Below the pieces are notes generated by a model that saw only the letters and a program-made list of their open reading frames with translations, was not told the DNA's origin and made no database searches. Position numbers and translations under genes: made by a program. Shown in pieces: positions 37,084-48,830 of a stretch of DNA of 64,000 nt. Position 1 is the first letter of the stretch, and every line of letters starts with the position of its first letter. Source of the stretch: Eutreptiella sp. 'Long Island Sound 2002' (lineage: Eukaryota; Protista; Euglenida); NCBI GenBank assembly GCA_964036045.1, contig OZ038378.1, forward strand, positions 16,244,001 through 16,308,000. Reading direction: 5' to 3'.

Positions 37084-40000
37084 ATGGCAAAGCATGGCCG
37101 ACGAGCAGAAAGCTTGGTGGACCTCAAGGAGAGACCAGCGCTAGAACGCAAGCCTTCAGTCGCACTACGCCCCATCACATTCGAGGCTGTAGCTTTCTCG
37201 GTCCATGGCGTGTTCGCAGAGACAAGAGAATTGCGTAAGACTGCATTCAAGGCGACATTGGATGATTATTTGTTGCGCCGCCAGAGCAAATACTATGAAC
37301 CATTCTTTGAATTCGAAGAGTCCGAATATGTGAGACTTATTGCTGGCCTTGGCACATACGATGGGATCCGGACGTTCTTGGCCTCCCGCAACATCACCAT
37401 TGCCGATGGTAAGCCTGATGATACCCCCCATGAAGAAACTGTCTGCGGCCTGGGAAACAAGGCCGACCGCAAATTTCATGATGCCATTGAGGATTCCAAT
37501 AGCCTCGCAGCCCCAAAGTCCACCTTGGCCCTGGTCCAGAATCTGAAGGATAAGGGCATCCGCGTTGGAGTTGTGTGCATGACGAATAATGCTGATTTTA
37601 TCTTGAAAGAGGTTGGGGCGCGTGACGCACCAGACTGTCTCTTGGACCCCTCAGTGGCTGACGCAAAGGGTCTGAAACCCTTTCCTGAGCCAGACTACTG
37701 GAAGAAGGTGGCGGATGCATTGGGCACTACCCCTGCCAAGCTTGTGGTCGTTGGGGGCTCCATCCCTGCGATGCAAGCAGCCCAGAAAGCAGGGGTTGCT
37801 CTGGCCGTTGCGGTGTCGCCTATTAAGAGCATTTGGAGTATTCTGAAGCAGTCTGGGGCAAATGTGGCGATCAAAAGCTTCGAGGGGTTCGATACTGCCG
37901 AGCACCTGCAGCGATGGGTTGATGCCAGCAATCGCGATGAAGACGGCGTGGTTGCCAACCGTGCAGAAATCCTGCAGCACTACCGCCGCCAAACGATGTG
38001 TGACGTCAAAATATCGGAGCTGTTCTCTCTTGAGCAGGAATGGTGTATTGTGGAGGATGAGTATGTCGAAAAGTTGCATCAGCTCAAGGAGACCATTTTC
38101 TGTTTGGGCAATGGTTTCATTGCAATGCGAGGCAACTTTGAGGAAGGCTTCCATGGGGCCCTGGGCGATTCGGTACCGGGAACTTACATGAATGGCTTCT
38201 ACGAGTCGTCGCCCATCAGGTACGCAGAGGCAGCATATGGGTATCCGGAAAAGCATCAGACCATGCTCAATGTCACCAATGCCCGCAAGCTGGATGTCTA
38301 CATATCTGACTGTGAAAGGGATGACCCCGTGGGACTGTTTGCAGGAGAGTACAGAGCCTACCGCCGTGTGCTGAACATGCAGGACGGAACTGTGACGCGG
38401 TCCTTTACATGGATGGACCACGAGCAGCGGGAGGTGGATGTCCAAACCACACATCTGGTGTCTTTTGAAAACAAGAATGTTGCTGTGATGAAGTACAGCC
38501 TGACCCCTCAGTTCGATGGCACGATGACATTTACCAGCTACGTGGACGGCGCAGTCTCGAACGTCATCACCAAGAGCGACCCTCGTGTAGGATCCGCCCT
38601 TCCTGGACCCACGCTTCAAGTCATCAACAAGGTACAGGAGGACAATGGGAAATTTGGGGCGGTTGTGCAGAGAACAACATACTCCAATCTGTTGCTTGCT
38701 TGCTGCGTGCAGCACGTCCTGCAGACCGCCAGCGAGCACAAGCTGATCCCCGTCATCAACGAACAAAATGTGGAGGTCACGTTCCAAGTTGAGGCTCAAA
38801 GCGGAGTCCCTATCACTTTATACAAGTACATCTCTTATTTCAATTCTCGCGACATCACGGATACGACGCAGCTTTTGAAAGAGGCCCGCCTCAGTGCAAT
38901 TGCAGCTGCAGAAGCCGGTTTGGAGACCCACATCAAAAAGCAGTCGGATTACTTGCAGAAGTTCTGGGATCAGTCGAGCGTGACTATTGAGGGTGACCCC
39001 AGCCTGCAGCAGGGAGTTCGCTTCAACATGTTCCATCTGCTGCAATCGGTGGGGCGCGATGGGAAGACCAATATTGGCGCTAAGGGGCTGTCAGGCGAAG
39101 GCTACGAGGGGCACTACTTCTGGGACACAGAAATCTACATCTTTCCGTTCTTCTTGTACACCATGCCTGAGATTTGCCGTTCCCTGCTGGAGTACCGCTA
39201 TTCGTGTCTGGACCACGCCCGGGCACGCGCTAAGGAGCTCGATCACAAAGGCGCATTGTACCCCTGGAGAACTATTATGGGGGATGAGGCGTCTGCCTAC
39301 TTCCCCGCCGGGACTGCCCAGTACCACATCAACGCAGATATCATCTACTCACTCAAGAGGTACGTCGAAGCCACGGACGACATGACTTTCCTGTTGCAAA
39401 TGGGAGCAGAAATGTTGTTCGAGACCGCCAGGTTTTGGGTGGACATCGGCAATTTTCGTGCAAGTGATGACTGCTTTGTCATCAATATGGTGACGGGCCC
39501 AGACGAGTACACGGCACTGGTCAACAACAATTGCTTCACAAATCTGATGGCCCAGAACAATCTGCAGTACGCTGTCGAGGTTGCGAAGAAAATGAAGGCT
39601 GAGCACATTCCAGATTGGAACAGACTCACAAAAGCGTTGAATCTGGAGCAATCTGAGGTTGATGAATGGGCCAAGGCCGCTGCGAAGATGTTTTTGCCCT
39701 ATGACGACCGACTCAAAATTTATTTGCAGGATGACTCATTCCTTCAAAAGAAGCGTTGGGACATCCAGGAGACTCCACGTGAAAAGTTCCCACTGCTCTT
39801 GAATTTCCATCCACTGTCCATCTACCGCTACCAGGTATGCAAACAGGCAGACCTCCTGCTTGCGGAGTTCCTCCTCGGCGAACGCTTCTCCATCGACCAG
39901 AAGCGCCGCGATTTCGAGTATTATGACGGTCTAACCACGCACGACTCCTCATTGTCGGCGTGCATCTTTGCGATCCTTGCTGCTGAGCTCGGCCACCATG

Positions 40001-40356
40001 ACAAAGCATACCACCACTTCGCTCAGACCGCGCGCATGGACCTGGACAACCACCACCACAACACGCAGCACGGGATCCACACTGCTTGCATGGCAGGCAC
40101 ATGGTTGAGTCTGACAGGGGGCTTTGCCGGCATGCGGACATACAATGGAAAGCTGAGTTTCTCGCCGTGGCTGCCAGACAAGTGGGAGGGATACTCCTTC
40201 AATATTGTATTCAAGGGCTCCGCGATCAATGTCAGCATTTCGAAGGACACTGTCACGTACAAACTGAAGAGTGGCAAGGGCCTTAGCTTTACGCACCGCG
40301 ACAATGCAGTGGTGCTGTCAACGGATGCCCCCAGTGTCTCCCGCTCGCTGAAATAA
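37084..40356 (+). CDS. Intronless fusion: degenerate beta-phosphoglucomutase-family HAD domain + GH65 glycoside phosphorylase (trehalose/maltose/kojibiose phosphorylase type), 1090 aa
   Basis: GH65 motifs ETIFCLGNG..MRGNFEEG, YEGHYFWDTEIY, YPWRTI.G.E.S, GTAQYHINAD, catalytic GPDEY, KQAD and phosphate-site HDSSLS. The N-terminal YDGIRTFLASRNI...G.PDD.P..ETVCGLGN matches the beta-PGM-family HAD cap. Start moved from the ORF-track 36793 to AAAATGG at 37084. Confidence 0.93.
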   Translation: MAKHGRRAESLVDLKERPALERKPSVALRPITFEAVAFSVHGVFAETRELRKTAFKATLDDYLLRRQSKYYEPFFEFEESEYVRLIAGLGTYDGIRTFLASRNITIADGKPDDTPHEETVCGLGNKADRKFHDAIEDSNSLAAPKSTLALVQNLKDKGIRVGVVCMTNNADFILKEVGARDAPDCLLDPSVADAKGLKPFPEPDYWKKVADALGTTPAKLVVVGGSIPAMQAAQKAGVALAVAVSPIKSIWSILKQSGANVAIKSFEGFDTAEHLQRWVDASNRDEDGVVANRAEILQHYRRQTMCDVKISELFSLEQEWCIVEDEYVEKLHQLKETIFCLGNGFIAMRGNFEEGFHGALGDSVPGTYMNGFYESSPIRYAEAAYGYPEKHQTMLNVTNARKLDVYISDCERDDPVGLFAGEYRAYRRVLNMQDGTVTRSFTWMDHEQREVDVQTTHLVSFENKNVAVMKYSLTPQFDGTMTFTSYVDGAVSNVITKSDPRVGSALPGPTLQVINKVQEDNGKFGAVVQRTTYSNLLLACCVQHVLQTASEHKLIPVINEQNVEVTFQVEAQSGVPITLYKYISYFNSRDITDTTQLLKEARLSAIAAAEAGLETHIKKQSDYLQKFWDQSSVTIEGDPSLQQGVRFNMFHLLQSVGRDGKTNIGAKGLSGEGYEGHYFWDTEIYIFPFFLYTMPEICRSLLEYRYSCLDHARARAKELDHKGALYPWRTIMGDEASAYFPAGTAQYHINADIIYSLKRYVEATDDMTFLLQMGAEMLFETARFWVDIGNFRASDDCFVINMVTGPDEYTALVNNNCFTNLMAQNNLQYAVEVAKKMKAEHIPDWNRLTKALNLEQSEVDEWAKAAAKMFLPYDDRLKIYLQDDSFLQKKRWDIQETPREKFPLLLNFHPLSIYRYQVCKQADLLLAEFLLGERFSIDQKRRDFEYYDGLTTHDSSLSACIFAILAAELGHHDKAYHHFAQTARMDLDNHHHNTQHGIHTACMAGTWLSLTGGFAGMRTYNGKLSFSPWLPDKWEGYSFNIVFKGSAINVSISKDTVTYKLKSGKGLSFTHRDNAVVLSTDAPSVSRSLK

Positions 40357-42390
40357 ACCTGTGAGGCGCTCTTCGCTTTTGACTTGGGCCCATGAGGGGC
40401 TGTGACCCAGCCTGCTCATAAAGGAGTCAATGTCTGCACAAACAGTCAGCAACCTGCATGATTCATTCCTGTGCAATGCAGCAGGAGCTCATAAGGTGTT
40501 ACGAGTAAATCCACATGAAGGCACTGCATTTAATGCAGTGGTCTGCTGCGTCTCGTGTGAACAGGAGACAGACCCTCCACCAGCCTCTTGGTCACTTTTG
40601 CAAGAGGCGTAGCGCACACACGTGTGCTTGGAGGAGATGAAAGATTGGTGTAGTGTGCGAATGCCCCTGCTACGTGCGTGTGTGGCTGTGTGTGTGTGTG
40701 TGTGTGGGTGGGTGGGTGGGTGGGTGTGTGTGTTCCCGTGGGCATCTGTCAATCCTGTCAGTAGCCCCTCCCACATCCTGAGGCATCGTGGTCCTGAACA
40801 GAACCGTACATGAAGAAAGCAGATGACTGAAACCAAGACCAAGCCCCTGTTCCGCCCTTTCAAGCGCACCCTCCACCCACAGCTATTGCAGCTGATCAGC
40901 GTTCTGGGAATTATGGGGGGCATCAATGAGCTGCAATGGGGCATTCAAGCAGCATGTTGAGCCACGCGGGGGCGTGCACCAATGGGGGCATGATCACCAC
41001 TGCGCCTACTGCACGCACTCCCATGTGCCACTATCTGCTGCTGTTCAGATCTTAGCAGGAACCAGCTGCATCACATGTCCAACTCAGTTGGATCCGGCTC
41101 CTTCTGATCCGTTGCCCTGGCAAACGCCACTGGCCGGTTTGTACACAGGAAATGTATTTGTGGGCATAAAGCTCTCGCAGCTTTGCATGTTTCCGACATG
41201 GTACAGGGAATTCATAGTGAAGCCCTGATACCCCCTGCAGGACTCCGTTTGACCCCATCTGCTGTCCCCTGATGGCCTAACCCTTCCTTTCCTCCCCACT
41301 GTGTGTCTGTGTGTGCACCTGTTTCCATGTTCCAAAAACAAAATTTCGTCCACTTAACTCTCCTGAAGCATTCGCATACAGCCCCACATATGAGCCAAGT
41401 GACCCTGTCCTCCAGGACAGGGGGCCGCTGGGGCATTTTGCAGGGAGCGATGTATGCATGCATCAGTGCACATGCATGTATGCTAATACGTGGTGATGAT
41501 GCAGTGCAAGTGTTGGTACGTTTAGTGCAGATGTGTGCAAGTCAGTGCCACAGCACCTCGGCATTTGCATGTGAACCAAAGGCCCATCTGTATGCTTGCG
41601 TCTGCTTTGGTGGCTGGACGGGAGGGTTACAGGGAGGGTCACACCGCTGCAAGTTTTTTGATTCTTACCTCACTGAGTGTGTCGCCCCTGGTGACCTGGT
41701 GACCCAAAGCTCGATGAGCAGGGAGTGCTATGACCCATGGGTGCAGCAGGGGAATTAGACATTGACGCATTTTCTGACCATACAGTCAGCAACAAACGGC
41801 TTTTCAGACCATGACACTGAACGCATATGCCAACTCTTGAGCCGGATAAGGCACTAGACATAGATCACCAGGCTCCCTACACCACCGAGAGCAATGAAAT
41901 GTTGTGAAAGCTTGATGGAGCTGATTGACAACAAACCAAAAGTGTGCAAAAGCCGTTCTGAAAGCGGTTGTAAACCCCATGTTCTAATTTCTAAATTCTG
42001 AAACTGCTTGCTTTCTGAGAATTCCGCTTACAATGATTGAATTTTATTCTCATAGCTATGCAGGGTGAGGCCAGGTTTGAGTCATTGATGGCTCGCCATG
42101 TTAAGTTCCATTTGGATAGGCAGCTGTTGGTACTGGGGACAACACTTATCAATCAGAAGCACCAAGCACTCATGCCTCCGGGATTTTCTAAGTGTCTGTT
42201 TCTTGATCCGGGATTTTTTAAGTGTCCGTTTCTTGAGGGTGTCATTTTTGCTGCTATGTAGAGGCTCCATGGAGGATATTGCTAGCAGGTGACGCCGATT
42301 TGCTCATCTGAGCTGCCTCTTGGGCTATCAATGCAAGACCACCATAAACAGACTGCTGCTAGTAGCACACAAAAGCAGCAGGATGCTCCG

Positions 42391-42978
42391 TATATAAGGT
42401 TTGGAATTGGATGGTTCAATAATACCCGATTTCCGTCGATTGTTTGGTTAAAAAAACTGATCGTACCAGTTATTATTTTTTAAAATAACGAAATCAATTC
42501 GATTGCACCCGGTGTAAATGACGCCCTCACCGGCGTTGCCGCAAGGACGATTGCCAAACTTGTGTTTTGACGATGCATCAAATTTCCTTAGGATTTAGAA
42601 CGCGCAAACCCAGGTAATCACTCATTTGTAACGAAAACCACTGTTGGGTTTCTGTTCCACCTCAATTTATTGGGTCTTAATCTGGGCCAAAAAATTGAAC
42701 CGGAACGGGTTTCGAAGTGACAGACATATATATTTCCTCATCATTCAATGATTCCTAAATTCTGAGTCTTCAAGTCTCCATAAAAAATCGGAGAAATTGT
42801 CAAAACAAACTTTTGAAAATCTCCAATGCGACAAAGCCGACGACGGCTGCAAGCAATTGGTTACTTCGAATGCTTTTAAAGAACAATCGATTTGATGCGA
42901 TTATATATTTTTTGAAGCCGATTAACGGCAATCAACCGATTAGTTAGTTAATTGGCTAAATCGATTCCGAACTGTATA
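42391..42978. mobile_element. Possible old MITE with imperfect TIRs and AATCGAT-rich ends
   Basis: Left TATA-AGGTTTGGAATTGGAT versus right-end reverse complement TATA-CAGTTCGGAATCGATT (10/16 identical). Both subterminal zones are AT-rich with repeated (A)ATCGAT motifs. Confidence 0.35.
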
Positions 42979-45900
42979 CCTAAAGCATGTTGGTCAAGCA
43001 AAAAGCTGTTGTAAGGGCACTGCTTTTTGCAACAGCTGCCATGTTTAATGAAGAGCGGCATTCTTCTTCAACATGCCCCCTTTGATACGTGTTTATCTTT
43101 TTCACGGCAGCTGCCTCCAAAGCCTTCGCACGTCTAGATGCTTGGACCTACACTCACTTTCTCCGGCGCTTCCAAAGTACATGTGATAGCGGCCTTTTTG
43201 TCTTTCACGCTTATCACATGCACTTTGGTCTATTTGTCATTCAATTGTGGTTGCAACGAGAGCAAAAAAGTTTTCCCTGCATGCATCTCTGAGATAGCAG
43301 AATGAATGTGGTTGGGGTACCGTTAGACCTCAACAGTGATCTGCGGCACACTGTGCAAATTAGTCACGTTAAACTATTGACACCTATTCTCGCCATGTAG
43401 CTGCGCAACCTCGCAGTCAAATTATAGGTGAACTCAACGAAACCGTAATTTTGACTTCTCTTATAGTGTTTTCGGAATGCATCTCTGCTAGTTTGATGCC
43501 CACAATATGTTGCTTGTACATGATGCACATAAGCCTCTGTCTGACCTCCATGCCCCGAGCCAATCAAAGGATCATGGACCAACAACACCACAAACACCAC
43601 CACGCCACGAACCACCCCCACCACATCCTCCTCCACCACCACCGACCACCCTCTCACCCAACGCAACCCCAACTAACCGCCCCGTACCCCGAGGCGCCCA
43701 TGCACTACCAACGCCAAGCCCTCCCACAGTGCCTCTTTAAGAATACCACCAACCCCCCCTCTGCAACCCGCCCCAGCGGGCTCCATTTTGACCATGCTAG
43801 TGGCGTAGTGCATCATGTGCTGTTGTGTTAAGGGACTTCTCCAGTTCTCGTTCTTGTCGGGGTTTGTTGTTGCTGTTGCTATGTGTGCTTTGCTGCCCAG
43901 GCTGTGGCTGCATCAACACTGGTCTAGGCTGCACTGCATCACGGTTGCGTGGTACCGGGGGCCATGGCGCCTGCTGCATCAGTTTCCATCCACACAACGT
44001 GGAAAAAGAAACCCTGAAACCCTGAAACCACTCTCTCTGAGTAGTTGGAGCAGGCGTGAGCAAGTATTGTATGTGCATGTTCAGAGGGTTACCGGTCTCT
44101 CTGGTCCCTCTATGTGACAGTCCGGCCTTGACATGGCGCATGTCACATCTTCTTGGCTGTTGTGTTACGTCTGCCTGCGTGTCTTCCAAGTGCTATTCAG
44201 GCATGCTCGTCAGGGCATCTGGGCATCCGGGGTACATATGGGTTGCTTCAGCCCTTGGCAGCACCTGAACACAAAGGTTATTTTAGCGAGAAAAGGCCTG
44301 AATAGCCCTTAAACACGGTAGAATGAATATATTCAAAACATTGTGCACTTGGAAAGAGTAAGCAAAAAGGCTGCTCCTAAACAGAACACCAGAGTATCAT
44401 GACACTCCGGGAGTGTGTGGCAATCCAACGTATAAGTACTAGATTTGCCGATCGGCCAAGTTGTATTGTGACTGGGCTTGGGTTCCCCATCTTGAGTTCC
44501 AAATAGATGTTGTACACTTGTTTGGCCCAATCTTCTCAAGACACCATTCCTTCAAGAGGCGACTTCCAATCACGATCATAAACTGGACCAACAGGGTGGT
44601 CCAATGACACTAATTAATAATTTCTAAACAACAAGAATCTTATTGATTAATTACATTAAAATAACAATAAGGCTTTTGAAAAAAGGTAAGGGAGTAACTT
44701 TCTAAATGTCTATTAATTACATGCCCTATCACTATGTAGTAATTTGTCATAGGGAACAAAAGAGAGCGACAACCGCGACAAGCTTATCGAAGCGTCAAAA
44801 TAGGTCCTAAATCGCTTCCAATAGATTAGAATTTCCTAGAATGTTATAAACCATGATTAGACCTCATTGGAAGCACATAGAATGTTATCATTCATGTATG
44901 GCTGCCAAAATATCTTTGCTATCTGTAGTGGAGATATGAGCAGTAGACTGTGGCAGCAAGAATTCCACTATTGTAGGCTTGAAATATAAGCCAACTATGA
45001 GCCAATATCTTAGTATCCAGGGATCTCGAAGCTTTGAGGGGTGTGGTAGAGATCTCCCCAAAGGCTTCTGAGTGGCCCAAATGCTCCAACTTACTACACC
45101 CCTTTCTTAAACATCATGGTGAAGAGGTATGGCCATAAAAAAAATCTCATATTGAGTGTCTACCAGATTCTTTCTAAGTATGTCATGTATAGTCTTTGTA
45201 CCTCCTTTGCAGAGGTAAAGATATATCATTACCAAAAAAGGCAAAAGTTATCCGGCTTAACTACCTATAGTAGGGCTCAAAATATATCAAAAGAAACACC
45301 AAGCCAAGAGCTAGCGCACAAAGTATCAACAATGACACTTCCAAACCTAAAGGAAAAGATCAAGGTTTGGAATAATGTATCAAGGTGTAATGAGCTATCC
45401 GGAAAATCAATAGCATTCATGCATGGAATGCAGCACATCAATTTGACCAACAAATTCAAGCTTTGCTGAAGCTATCTATGGACACCGCCTGTGTAGGTTT
45501 TGAACCAGGAGTTGAACTGCGTTGTTCAATGGACCTGATGCAATAGGTCTTCTAACGTGCATCATATGGATAGAGAAAGCCAAGCAATACAGCAAGGACC
45601 AACTGTAGATTAGTTTGGTAGGATGGCCACACACAATCAAGGAAGCTAAGCAAAAACAAACAAATAGCAAATATCAAGCTGTCCATCGTGTGACCCGGAC
45701 TTGCTCTTCTACCTACATTTCTATGTGTCACGAAATATTAGAAACAAAAGGTTTTGTAAAAAGAAACCTGTCCAAAAAACTGCATGCAAAGAAACACATT
45801 TTTTGGGATTTAGAATATGTGAAGCCTTAAAACTCTGCATCACTGCTACCGTAACATACATTCATTCATTCACATTTGGCATTCTAAGAATAGGTGCACT

Positions 45901-48830
45901 GCTAGATCAATATTTCATAAATCTTACCATTAACAAAATGTTTGTATTTTTGTACAAAACTCACCCTAGAGGGTGTCTTCTCCGAATGCAATTCTACATT
46001 GTGTTCAATATAATGGCGCATATTATTGTTCAAAATGACTTGAAACAATTTGTACCTCGTGGTACCCGTGGTAACCGTCATTGATTGAGCATCTTTCACA
46101 AAGCATGGCACACACAGAACACATTTGTGAAAGTCTTGAAAACTCTAGATCTAACGGCAGCCAAAATCCGGAATGGAAAAAAAACAGAGTGCCATTAATG
46201 ATTGCAGAAATATCCATACTCTTCAGTGAACAAAGCAAAAAATTGTGCTTGCACTAGCCACCCTACAATGTACTTAAGGTTATTTATGACCTGATGATCT
46301 CATCGGCGTACCCCTTGTCCAAATGTCAACTTTTTCACACCTAAGAGGTCGCGAGATAGTTTGCAAAATGGGAAATAATTGATCAAAAATTGCCACGTGA
46401 CACAACCCTTTGCCTGCCGTGTAAAATCGTAGGCGTCAAACCCTTCAGTGTCCGGGAACAAAAAGCGATAGCTTCACCTCAATCAATGATCCGTCGGAGG
46501 TGTGGGGCTTTGTACTAGTATTTGAAACAAACTTCTTAGGCGGCTCAAGTTGCATGGGTCTAAAACACCTGAAAATGTTGAAAATAGAAAGGGTCGGAAA
46601 GGAAGGAAATAATAATTCTTTTGAGAGAATGGTGTACCACCTCGTAAATGATTCTCAACGAATAAATTATTTCACTGAAGCGACACATACACCAAGCGTT
46701 CTCTCAAAAAGTATTGTTTTATGACAATCCTATGCGCCAGGCCTCGCGCATAGGACAACATGTATATCACAATAATGTATTACAACACAATACATTACTC
46801 AAGTTCTGGGAAAAGAGCAACATGCCGTCGACATACACGTAATGATGTGTAGCCTTATTAGAATGGACTGGTAGAAATGGACATAACAATACATATATTT
46901 CATTTTACTTCACTAGGTAATGTGTAAATGTATAATTGTTACAGAAGAAACCGCCATTCGATGCGCGAGGCCTCGCGCATCCAATGGCGTGTCGCAAACA
47001 ACAAATTATCGAGCTCCAATGCGCGAAGCCTCGCGCAATGAAGGTTCCAAACGCGCAGATAAATAAAAATGAGCATATCCATCAACTAAACAGCATGTAC
47101 GTTCCCTTTGATGCGGCGCTGCTGTATGGCCGGCCCTACAGGTGCTGACTTTAGTGCCCAACAGCGTCGGTAGCGCATCGCAACTGGATACAAGCAGGTA
47201 GCATTTACCAGCAAAATGTGGGAGTGCATGACAAAAATTGCGAACAAAAAATAGTGCACGCGACCAACAAATCGTCAAAACGTGGTCGCGCCAGAATTGT
47301 GTGACAGGTAGATGATTACTCCTAGAAGATTTTTCATAATTGCAATATGTAGGGAGGTACATCTGCGCAAATTTTCCTTACAGTGACAATGCCCCTACGC
47401 AAGGTGTCAGACCTGGAGAAAGCAGTGGCAGCGGCATCTGGAATATTCCGCGATGTGTGCTCAGTGAAACCGCCGTATCACACGGCAGAAGAGTTATGGG
47501 AAGGCCTAAAACAAAGGGATGAGGGCGCGCGATTGCTGTTTACTTTTTTCCTGCGGCTACGCAAAAATGAATGAAAGCGTTGCAGCGTCCAAAATGCAAT
47601 CGTGTCAGAGGGAAAGAGATGGGTGGACATTTTGCAGGAGGAGACTTGGTACCTTTATTTGTTGATGCGCTATCGGGCAGTTCCGTCTCAGTGGAAGCCC
47701 AAATCTGTAGTGGCTATCGAAGGGGCAGGGCGCAAGGACGCATTTTAGCCACGTCAGGTTTCGCGCGATACAACGCGCCATGGGTGAAAGAGAGGGCTAC
47801 AGTCAGGTTGCAAACAACGTGGCACAAAATATACCAGCAATGGGTTGTCTTGTCGATCGACAACTGGTATGACACACATAACAACTAAGTAGATACCTCC
47901 AGCGTAGAGCACAAGCCAACACCCTCTCACCTCCTATGTTGCACTTACACCCTTCTGAGTTCTCTTCTTACATGCACTGAATCGGACTTGTCCAGTGTAA
48001 AAGCCGCAACATAATGAATGAATGAATGAATGAATTCATTGGTGCATTGTTGCCGAAGATCATCGTACCGGCGACGGCTAGTAAAACCCATTTCCCTGTG
48101 CATTCTTAACCCTTTCTACAGCGCTACTCAGCTGCATGTCACGAATCTGCCGATTAAGAACATGAGGTCGGCATTTGACACATTTAAGATACATCACATG
48201 GATAATTGTACTCCTCCACAGCACCATGTGACGGTGGTGGTGTTGCAGCCGAATAGGAACTTAGAACGGAGAAGGCTACCATGATTGTGCAACTCCCGTT
48301 TGATTGAAGATTTGTGCCCTGCTTGACATTCAGCAGAGCTGGGCTGATGTGTTGGCACCTGTTTGGAAAATCCTACCTCTGTTACGGGAGTCGGCAACAA
48401 GCGGCAGTGGTTGATGCACATGCTGGAGATTCCTAGGGACACAGCACAGGCAATTGCTGCCCTAGTTGCTTGATGAAAATATCCACTACAGAACACTGAA
48501 GACGAGTGAAAACCATTGCAGCCAAATTTTTAGCCACCCCAACAGCACTGCGACCTTCCTGGCGAAAGTATGATGCAGCACATGCAATTTGCAAAACTCC
48601 TCAATGTGTACCCCCAAATCCTAGAAAGTACAAACAATGAGGGGATCACCAACAACTGGAACAACAAAAAATTGTACAGTAGGAGCATACCAAAAAATAC
48701 AACGCACAGTCGCGTGGGCCCCAGCAGAACGGCGACGCCTCAATCTGTGCCATTGGCGGGCCCACAGATACGACGCATACCATGTACAGCGCGCATACAT
48801 ACCTGCACACACAAACGCTCACGAGCTCCT

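Noticed and set aside
43424-43459. RRM RNP1-like RSQNYGFVEF on the minus strand
   Set aside because: No RNP2 or helix pattern and no convincing splice sites around it; likely chance.
47383-47888. Two adjacent ORF fragments (…WVVLSIDNWY…) suggestive of a transposase
   Set aside because: Could not be assigned to a family; only a vague W..DN resemblance.
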